From the NCBI RefSeq assembly GCF_002105155.1, contig NW_019029001.1, positions 124,001-188,000 on the forward strand: DNA of 64,000 nucleotides. Direction: 5' to 3'. How positions within the stretch are numbered: position 1 is the stretch's first letter; every line of letters begins with the position of its first letter. This document shows, one piece after another, positions 52,132 to 61,641 of this stretch. Below the pieces are notes generated by a model, which saw only the letters and a list, made by a program, of their open reading frames with translations, had not been told where the DNA came from and made no database searches. The position numbers were made by a program, and so were the translations under genes. The stretch is from Lobosporangium transversale. Lineage: Eukaryota.

Positions 52132-53955
52132 ATGTCTTCAGCACAATTTTCTTTAATCCCCAAAGAACTTAGTGCGGAACAGGCAAGCCGGAGAAGCGAG
52201 TCTTTTATTTATGAAGAGTCCAACCAATCCATGTTTTCTCAAGAACATGAGAATGATAATCCCTTCCTCATCAGCATGGATGAAGGTGGTCTTCATGCAC
52301 CGCCACGACTTAGTAAGACAACCGTAGCGGAGGAGGAATACCGCCTAATCGCACATATCTACGCAAAGCTCAGCAATGCGCCGCCAGAGTTTCAAAAATG
52401 GATGAGACAATCGTTTGGCATGAAAGAGTGTGTGCAGATGGCTAAGCTTACCGGGGTAAATGCACATTCCTGTCTAGCAGCTATCAACTACTCAAGGACA
52501 GGGGTATTGAAGTTGCCCAACAAGGGTGTGGGACGTGGCCGTAAAGCACAAGCAAAAGATAAAGTGCTCCAGGGACATATCACGGATATCATCAGGAGAA
52601 CTAATCTGGGAGGTATCCCGAATACACTTGGACGAGTGGTGAATGAGCTCAGAAATGAGCATGGTATCAGGACGTCAAGGTCAACAGTTCATCGATACCT
52701 ACATGCAAGTAACTTTTACTGGGGAAAGGGGGTTCGAAGGAACTTTATGCACGATGCACCTCACATTGTGCAATACCGACTGAAATACCTCACAGAGCGT
52801 TTCAAGAACCTGGTGGAGCTTGACGATGGTTTAATCCCTATGATGCCAGAGGTATTTCTTGATGAGTCCTATTGTCACCTGGACCATTCCTCAAAAAATC
52901 GATGGGTAGAACGGGACGGAGGCATTGTGTGTGAATCATCTCGGCAACCACTTCTCGTCATGTTCGCTGCATTTGTCATCTATTACGACCGTGACGAACA
53001 GAAGGTGGTGGGGAAGTTTGTTGAGAACAGTGTTCACATCTGGGCGGCGAACAGCAAGGCATCTCTTCAGGGAAACGCCGATCATATGCAGCCCAATAGT
53101 CAGATTCTTGCAAATGATCATGACTATCATGGTCATTTTAACCACGAGGTGTTCGAAGAGCTGTTTACGACGGTTTGCCAAAGTCTGGTAAAGATGAATC
53201 TCGGTCCTTGTAAAATACACATGGATGGTGCCAGGTACCATTTCCATTGCCCTGATAGGAAGCCAACGGCCGCCAATAAGAAATCGGAGATAATGGAATG
53301 GCTTATATCTCATCAATTTGGAATTCCACCCGGTTCTAACGGTGATCGAACGCCAAGCAAGTCAGAACTACTTGCTTATATAAGGACCCTTGATTACCAG
53401 CCACGGTACACGGTCTGGGACATCGCATTAGAGAATGGGGGCCACTGGATTATTAGGACACCTCCTTATCATTGCGAACTCCAGCCCATTGAATTAATCT
53501 GGGGCGTTATAAAAAACAGCGTAGCTTACATGATATCCGGATCGATGGCTGCCGATCAACTTATCCAGATGCTGAAGGAACTCTTCCGAAATGTTCAAGT
53601 TAAAACTTTCGTTTCTGCCTGGAAAAAAACCCTTAGTTTTGCCTACAGATACATGCAGGAAATTCGTGGCCAGACATTCGAGACGGCCGAGGTGCAGGAA
53701 GAGTTGGAACAAATTTTTCATTCGATTGATTTTTCCGAGGCCACATTCAACAGGCTTTTTGGGATTGGTGCTGCCAGAGGCCGATACAATGTCTTAATTG
53801 AGCCCATGGAAGATGGTGATATTGGTGATGAAGTTGATGAAGTTGAAGAAGACGTTGATCTTATCCCGACATCTCGATCCTTGGCTCCTGATGAATTGGA
53901 GGAAGACGATAACTCAATGCCGGCTTCACCTTCAGCCCGTTTTTACCGCCACTAA
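52132..53955 (+). CDS. IS630/Tc1/mariner DDE transposase with DD88E spacing
   Basis: Intact intronless 607 aa; GRGRK, HTH (TSRSTVHRYL), VFLDESY, IHMDGARYH, PPYHCELQPIELIWG; 88 residues counted between the second D and E. Confidence 0.93.
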   Translation: MSSAQFSLIPKELSAEQASRRSESFIYEESNQSMFSQEHENDNPFLISMDEGGLHAPPRLSKTTVAEEEYRLIAHIYAKLSNAPPEFQKWMRQSFGMKECVQMAKLTGVNAHSCLAAINYSRTGVLKLPNKGVGRGRKAQAKDKVLQGHITDIIRRTNLGGIPNTLGRVVNELRNEHGIRTSRSTVHRYLHASNFYWGKGVRRNFMHDAPHIVQYRLKYLTERFKNLVELDDGLIPMMPEVFLDESYCHLDHSSKNRWVERDGGIVCESSRQPLLVMFAAFVIYYDRDEQKVVGKFVENSVHIWAANSKASLQGNADHMQPNSQILANDHDYHGHFNHEVFEELFTTVCQSLVKMNLGPCKIHMDGARYHFHCPDRKPTAANKKSEIMEWLISHQFGIPPGSNGDRTPSKSELLAYIRTLDYQPRYTVWDIALENGGHWIIRTPPYHCELQPIELIWGVIKNSVAYMISGSMAADQLIQMLKELFRNVQVKTFVSAWKKTLSFAYRYMQEIRGQTFETAEVQEELEQIFHSIDFSEATFNRLFGIGAARGRYNVLIEPMEDGDIGDEVDEVEEDVDLIPTSRSLAPDELEEDDNSMPASPSARFYRH

Positions 53956-54282
53956 GTTAATAAAAAGCATGTGCTGGTGGTCCACCTCAGTCTTAAAGCA
54001 TTGATTTCCTACTCTGTTGATTCCATCCATGTTGCTTATTCATTTAGCACAGTCGTTACAAATGTTCCTGATTTCATCTGGTAAGCTTGGTCCACTTATT
54101 CCCAGAGGCGGGGCATTGTCTCATGTTGCACAAAGGAGTTAGGAGTTATATTTTTGTCGCTTTCACAGATAAAAAGAGGTCTCTGAACTTCTTCGCAATA
54201 CTAATAAACCTCTTCACAAACTCTTCACAAAGCTTCACACAAAACTTCTTCACAAACCTCATAAATACCTCACCAAACAAAA

Positions 54283-55998
54283 ATGGCCACCAGCACAATT
54301 TTTCAGAAGCCTCAAAAGGTCAAGGTTGACTTGGATACTATGATATCTCAACTTCCAATTGGCAAATGGCCAAGCCCAAAAGATCTTACCCTTTTCCATT
54401 TCGTCGAATGGGCCGTCAAGGAATACGGCGTGGATCGTGAAGCTAGCAGTTTCAGCAAAATTATCAGTGAGATCAGGAGGGCGGCGCGACCAAGAAGAGA
54501 TGACTCAGTCCTGATCATCATTTACAAGGAGAACTTACGTGCCTTACTAAAAGGCATAAAAAAAACAAACATCAACAATTACCTGAAAGTATGTGTCGAA
54601 TAATTTAACGTTGAACCAATGTTTACTTCCATTATGATCCAATATTAATAAAAATAATAACAACTAGCCCGACGAGTCTGACAAGACTAACAAGTCTGAC
54701 GCGGATGAGCCTATCAACCACCTCACTGGGGAAGGCGAGAGGAGTAGTCAGGTCACCGATAGGTTGGTCTTAAACGGAGGTTTCGATGTATCTTCTCCCC
54801 TCATGGAGGTACGAGAAGAACTCATTAAACTTGAGGAAGAGCGCCAGGGAACGCTCCTCTCTCCACATGATATTCTGTGAGTGCTTTTTACTACCATTTA
54901 TTTCATTGCTTGAGAACACACCGAAGGCCGTGACGCTGATACAGTTCTTACTGTGTTTTCTAGCTCCATAAACTTCATTTTCACAAAAGAGTTTATGGAA
55001 AAATATTTTTCAAAGGCGGGGCGTCGTAAACTCAAGCGCTTTTTCAAGGTTACAGAGACCAGTGTAGCCTTGAGTGAGCAGGATTTGGATTTTTCCAAAT
55101 TCTGCGTGGAGAAAGCAAAGGCGTCGAACTCTGCTTCCGAGTATCGCGCCTTTCTTGAAAAGGGTCAGGAAGGAGCAAGTGAAATGCTCAAGAGCATTTT
55201 CACCAAACTTGGCGAGGACGAGATGTTTTGGGAGTCGCCTGGCAAAATAAAAAAAAACGAGGCGACGTACAGCGCGCTCTACGTCAGGCCCTACATCTGC
55301 GCCATCGCATCGACTTTGGGATACTGGTGAGTAGTAGATCTGTCAGTTCTTTGTTCTTCATTCATTTCTGCAGGATATTCACATGTTATTTCTTCACTCT
55401 TGGTATAACACGTCTCCGCTTTCAGCGATAGCAGAATCCCAACGGAGAAATACTATACGGAGCGCTTTAGACCAGATAACCTGGTTATGGTCGACGGCCT
55501 GCCTCTACTCGTAGTGGAGGTGAAGCCCCCAGGAACCTCTAAAAAGCTCCTTGATAGAGATTTCAGGAAGTTACTTTCTGAAATGAAGCTGGCACTAGAT
55601 CTCTTGTTCGCCAAGGGTGTAAAAGACCCAACGGTCCTGGGTCTGCTTGTCCAAGGTATGTTACACTCTTGTATATTTTTACGATCCATGAAACCTAAAC
55701 GGAGACAGTGGTGCTAATTCACGCTTTAGATGGTCAAATGGAAATCTTCGTGATGACCCTAGATTACGAAGCCGTTTATATCCCCAGATTATTGGGCAAG
55801 GTCAAAGTGCCCAAGGGCAGGAAGAGCCTTAGCGTGGTTGCGGAAGCAGTGCCAATTCTGGAGACTACAAAGACAGCTTACTTGAAAGCCAAGGAAGCTG
55901 TCGGGGAGCGTGTGAGGGTTACAGACGAGGTGAAACATACATGGGTGAGGCCATCTTTTTACCTCCAGATCAATAGAAAGCGCAAGAGATCAGAATAA
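54283..55998 (+). CDS. PD-(D/E)XK (restriction endonuclease-like) nuclease cargo gene, 5 exons: 54283-54588, 54668-54876, 54964-55326, 55426-55655, 55730-55998; 458 aa
   Basis: Four GT..AG introns give 1377 nt with no internal stop; NEATY..YVRP, FRPDNLV, LLVVEVKPP, DFRKLLSEMK, LGLLVQ; C-terminal RKRKR. Confidence 0.82.
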
Positions 55999-56024
55999 AT
56001 TGCTTCATTTAGGATTGTTTATTG

Positions 56025-57376
56025 TGTTATTCGACTTTAATGCTTGATGCTTTTTGTTATTCCAACGAAATATAAACATTGTTGAGAGTCTTGCCCACGA
56101 TATCCTCATCCACGCCTCGACAAAAACCGCGGCCCGACAGCTGCTAAGAATCCGAGTGTGCGAATGGGTAAAATCTTGGTTGGCCTAATATTACTTCAGA
56201 GTATATATGATGGTTAAAATTGGTCTCGATGTCGAGTTGCATGTTGTAGGTTTGAATAAAGGCCTTGCGTTTGTAATACCATGCAAAAAAATAATCATAT
56301 TATCCATTTTCCGCGACGGAGAACAGACGGCAACTTGTGGTCAGACCTGGCGAGCTGGCAGGAGATAGCAAGAACCAAGGCGGAACCATGTCTTGGAGGG
56401 GGAAAAAAAAAATAGAAAAAAAAAAGAAATAGAGCCAGAACCCTTGAGATTCGATACGACTGGGTTGCTGAAACCAGGGTCAAAGACCAAGAGTTTCCAT
56501 CACTATAAATAGTGGGCAGTTAACGAATCAGTGAGATGTCTGGCGTCTCTTCGTATATCCCTCAGCAGCCATAGAAAAAGAAAAAGAAAATATAAAAAAA
56601 AGAAAAGACTCAGATGCTTGACAGAATCTTTTTAAAACCGGAGGGCTGAAACTTTTGCACAAGGTCAAAGACCTGCTCAAAAAGTTTCCCCACTATGGGT
56701 AGTGGCCAGTTCGAATCAGCAGAGCATCCGGCGTCCCTTCGTATATCCCTCAGCAGCCATAGAAAAAGAAAAAGAAAATATAAAAAAAAGAAAAGACTCA
56801 GATGCTTGACAGAATCTTTTTAAAACCGGAGGGCTGAAACTTTTGCACAAGGTCAAAGACCTGCTCAAAAAGTTTCCCCACTATGGGTAGTGGCCAGTTC
56901 GAATCAGCAGAACATCTGGCGTCTCCTTGTAACGACCTCCAAGGTCAAAAAAAAAGAAAAGGGAGAAGGAAGCTGCGATGTTCTCATTGGATCGAAAGAT
57001 TCCGCGTCTATTCATCGTAAGAAACCAGAGATTACTCACAAATAATTAGGAAGCGCAGGTAAATGATAAAAAAAAGATAGTCTATTACTTACTTGATGGA
57101 ACTCTGTGAATTTGACGATCATCATGTTTGATTGTGTTGCGTGAGAGCTAGAGTGAAGGTAAGGAAGCAAAACATAGTGACGCATAACAGTTATTCAACG
57201 TCAAAGCCACTGACCTCTTCCGTCGCTCGGCGTGCAAATAGAGGACAGCGAGCCAAGCTTGCAAGTAGCGAACGACATCGGATTTAGAGTTGCTATTCAA
57301 TACAATTCAATTTTCGCTTGAGTCTATTCAATCAATTTAAAAAATATAAGGTATCGTGACCAAATGAAACGGGCTA
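56025..57376 (-). repeat. Right terminal inverted repeat (1352 bp)
   Basis: Reverse complement of 50394-51745; begins 27 bp after the cargo gene stop. Confidence 0.95.
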
Positions 57377-57500
57377 TACCGAGGGGACATACATGGGCAG
57401 GATGATCAAGATTTGCCGGCAAAGAAGTGTCCACGCCAGTTTTCGAGGGCAAAGCCCCACGAGCCGCTATCAGCTTGAAGAAGGACTGACTAATACCCAA
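57377..57500 (-). pseudogene. 5' end of the second PIN-type gene, separated from its body by the transposon
   Basis: Reads (L)GISQSFFKLIAARG..HPAHVCPLG|TFNYDI in frame across the empty site; resembles MGVHGLYQYLKKR..VHFDIDIFGTYY of copy 1. Confidence 0.65.
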
Positions 57501-58217
57501 GCAAAAAGAAAAGGAAAACGCGAAAATAGGATTGCTGTCATTGCATTGATGGAGACTTTGAGCTCTGAGATAAATACACTAAAATGTCTAAAGTATAAAT
57601 ATCGGCTAGACATTAAAATTTTTTACGAGGTTGCTAGTCTATGTCCTTGTTCGCTTATTTTTTTTTGCAATAATTATGACTATGATTGTTACTTTTGTCT
57701 CTTCCCTACTGTCATCTTCATCCCATCTCGTGAGCGAGCAGCAAGTTAGGCCCCAGAACTCTCATAGCCAATCTCGTCCCATACTCGATGACGATACGGA
57801 CGATGAAGAACTAGCACACAGGAGCATACACCCAAGGGTTGAAGACGAGAGATCTTTTTACCGAAAAGTGGAAGCAAGTGCGCAAATTGGGCGGGATTGG
57901 GTTGCTCAGTGGTTGAAAGGCTATGGCAAGACCAAACTGGTTAGAAAACTGCCTCTTCATTAATGTGGAAAAGCGGCCTTGTGAATGTCAGTGAAGTTGA
58001 CATCTGTTGTCCGATCATCTAATCCAAGCCACATTTATATCATTTATTTCAACCAGCCAAAAAAAAAAAAAAGTTTAGATAATGTCCATGGATTGCTGAA
58101 TTTTCACCCTATTTACAATGGCAACTTGATCCTTTTTCCGGACGAAGGGATACACCTGTTTCACTTCAAAGCCCATGCAACTTCACAAATAGTCTTCAGT
58201 CCTTGCCAAACATCGGA

Positions 58218-60673
58218 TTAGAATGCGCGTGGGTTGCAATGGATACCGCTCTTTCCCCCACCAATAATGGCCGACACTTTAGCTCCAAATTCAAATGGAT
58301 CACCATTATAAAGCACCAAGCCCGAAGGATTTCTGGGAAGCCCTGCGATTTGCGCTAGATTCCAGCTCAGCAGGCCGATGGCTTCCTTCTCTGTCAGACC
58401 CAAATCCGAGCGAGCCCATGCAGCCATCCATAGTATATGGCGAATATCCTCGAATTCTTCTGCAGCAAGGCCTACAGTAACACCTGCCCCGTACAATGCA
58501 GAAAGTCCAGTGCCTTTTGACAGGGGGGCTCCCGGGAGGCACCTTTGGGCTGTCCATTGGTGAGGAGTGCAATGATATGGGCGCAATATGACACCAATGT
58601 CTGCCTCTGCCAGGTGCTCTGCTACTGTCCAGGCTTCTGTTGCTCCAAGCAAGCTCAGCTTGATCTTCGCTCCCTGGTGTTCTAACTCCTTTTTGATCTG
58701 TATCAAGCGAACAATCTCGTCTCGGTTATGGACCTCGACCACTAAAGGAAGATTTCCTTTGACAACCCGAGCAAACTCATGGGAAGGATTAAACAAATTT
58801 AGCAGTCCTTTTTCCAGTGAAGAGCGTAGGAATGCAATTTGGGACGAAACCGTAGGAAAAAGCCTCGACTTGGATGCCTGACCAAGCCTGACATGCAGTG
58901 CTACATCTTTTTTGAGGACAGCATCCTTGGATGCAAGTGCTATTCGTCGTTTTTTTTTTTTTTTTTTTTTTTTTTGTTAAAAAAAAGTCAGTTGCCTCGG
59001 TCTCATTCATGGCGCTTGCTTAAATAATAACAAAAAGTACCATTTTGAGCGCCAGTACTGAATGCAACGCTGACCCCTGGATGACATGCTGTGATACTGG
59101 CGCAGTGACACCAATCAATACTCCTGCCTTATAGGCTTCATCCATGTGAAGGCCACCAAACTTGAGGGCGTCAGCCGCGTGGAGAATTTCGGGATTCAGA
59201 TTTGAATAACCGTCCCCCGTACTGGACTCAGGTGGAATTTCAAGTAGACCAAGATAAGGTGTGCCGACAGAGATAAATGAAGGTAAAACAACGCCCTCGC
59301 CACCCAGATCATACATTGGTATGCCCTCTTTTTCCGCCGCAGCAACGTGCTCTCCACAGTGGCCGATACAAATGACTCGACCGCCTTTGGCCACTACACT
59401 CAAACTGTTGTTGGAGGACACTTCTTCGACATTCTCAAGGATAATCTTTTTAATCACTGTGAATATACCATCCTCAGCTTTGTCTGTGCAGGCGTCCTTG
59501 GCCTTGGGCACAGCCAGGTCTAGATACTCTCGGAATCTGAGCGGCTCACTTTGGTGACTCCATTGTGATGGATCGGCGTCCTTGATTTGAGCTATGCCAT
59601 CAATGTAAACTTGTAGAGGATGTGATCCTAGAGACAGGGGATGCCTCTCCCAGACGACCAAGTCCGCGTCCATACCCACTGCAATTTTGCCGATACGGTG
59701 ATCCTGTCCTATGGCTTTGGCTGGAACAGAAGTCACAGAGGCTAGTGCCTGCAGCTCTGTGAGGCCATAATGACGAGCCATGGATGCTTGGTAGATGAGG
59801 TGCTGTGAATTTAGAATTGGATGATCACTCTTCATAGCCACAGATATACCTGCATCTACCAATATCTTTGGTGAATTTACGGAGCTCTGAAAAGCTTCTT
59901 TCTTGTAGCCGAATTTTCCAGCAAAAGTAGCAATTACAGGGACACCCTTGTAAGCGCGCTTGAGAATATCGGGGATACGATAGGCATCAAGGCCATGGTG
60001 GAATGCTGCAATCTTGAACTTGAACTCGTTCGAGTGGCGCACCATTGCCTCAATATCATGTGTTTCATAGCAATGAATGTTGAGCTTGACATCGCCTCTA
60101 AGGATGCCAATTAAACTCTCATATTGCGGATCCTCTGGGAATGGAATGCTCAAACGATAACGGCCAAAGCGAGGTAGTCTCTCTATAGCGTTACACCAAT
60201 CGTCCTGAGCTCGTTTAAGTTCCGTTGCTTTGGCGAATTGCTCGCGGAAGACCCAGCCCTCGCCAAGTCGTGTAGAAGGCATCTGGCCCCGTCGTCCATA
60301 ATTGTTTTTAGCATTTTCACCACATGCCATCTTCATATAGCGCCACTTCTCTTCTACACCCGCCTCGATTTGCATATCCTCTGTACTGAGTGTATCGACC
60401 TTTCGTAGCTTGAATGCGAAAGCTTCACCACCTATCACATTACCGGACCCAGGTAAGACTAGGGTGCTAGTGACACCGCCCGAAACGATCCATTCTCGCG
60501 CGACATCACTGGGGTTGAATCCATCGATGGAACGCACAAATGGTACCGTTGGGTTGCTCATTTCATTAAAGTCGTTTGTTGCTGATAAAGTTGGCCAAGA
60601 AAAAACTCCTACATGGCTACCCAACAAAACAGGATAGAAATTGGTTAATATGTTGAGTAATTGTTCTTTATGC

Positions 60674-60710
<37 letters not shown>

Positions 60711-61197
60711 ATGCATGTCCACAATGCCTGGAGTTAAGATATGCCCTTTAAGGTCGACAACAACTGTGTCCTTGGATCCCTTGATATCCTCACCAATCTC
60801 GACAATAATGCCATGGTCGACTAGGACGTCACCTTTGAAGACCTCAGAAACACCATCAAAAATGTGTAGGTGCGGTCCCATTGACGAACCTTGGATTATG
60901 CGTTCTAGTTTCAGGAGCCGGGTACAGATGTTTACCTTCACGGCGGATGGCTTTACACTTGGCTACACCTTGCATGAAGTGTTTTGCAGAGATTCCTGGA
61001 GCCTCAAACTCAATCGGGTGGTGGGAAAATTCATTGGTGGCTCCAAGAAGATATGCAGTCATCCCTAGGAGAGCTATCGCTGCCGCGACTAAGAGTGCCG
61101 TAATATTTTTGTCCTGAAAAATAGAAGTCATTCGACTCCGAACAGAATAGCCTCCGCGTTCAGGGTCTTGTTGAGGAAGTTGTTGGTAGTCAGCCAT
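58218..61197 (-). pseudogene. Membrane-anchored two-domain metallo-dependent amidohydrolase with two apparent frameshifts
   Basis: N-terminal TM helix; DLKGHILTPGIVDMH|, GGVTSTLVLPGSGN, MKMACGEN, IHCYETHD, FHHGLD, KSDHP, GMDADLVVW; frame breaks near 60862 and 59075. Confidence 0.75.
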
Positions 61198-61240
61198 GAT
61201 TGAAAATGCAATCAAAACACCTAGAGTTTATGTATGCCTT

Positions 61241-61279
<39 letters not shown>

Positions 61280-61641
61280 ATAATAATGACAATGCTGAGG
61301 AAAGAGGAGTATAGAGGAAGAGGGGAAGGTGAAAGGTAGGTCGAAACCCCCAACTATTTAATGGTAATGATCTAAGCCGTGAGAAATTTGCACCATTCAA
61401 AAGAATTACTGATTGATATCCACCCCTTGCTGCCAATGTCGCACAAATGTGCAATTTAAAAAGCACGACGCTTCCAAAAGAGGAAACCATTTGTCATAGG
61501 AATAGCTCACAGATTCAGTCACTCACGGGCTTTTATGCTTCCAGTGCTAGGAATCGGATACGTCATCAGACTGTGAAGGATGCATTAAGAATGAAGATGT
61601 AGGATATGGTATTTAATTACAATGCAAAAACATGCTGTAGG

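Larger units (their letters stand above)
50394..57376 (+). mobile_element. IS630/Tc1/mariner-type DNA transposon, 6983 bp, long TIRs, TA target-site duplication, nuclease cargo gene
   Basis: Ends TAGCCCGTTTCATTTGG..CCAAATGAAACGGGCTA flanked by TA (50392-50393, 57377-57378); removing the element and one TA restores an open frame in the interrupted PIN remnant. Confidence 0.95.

Noticed and set aside
50391..57379. Larger element boundaries including GTA..TAC, or smaller ones starting GCCCG
   Set aside because: Boundaries 50394/57376 with a TA duplication restore the frame of the interrupted gene and fit Tc1/mariner targeting; the outer G/C symmetry comes from a GTAC target
57548..57963. Plus-strand ORF fragments next to the transposon
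   Set aside because: No recognisable motif or coherent gene model; may be a relic but cannot be supported
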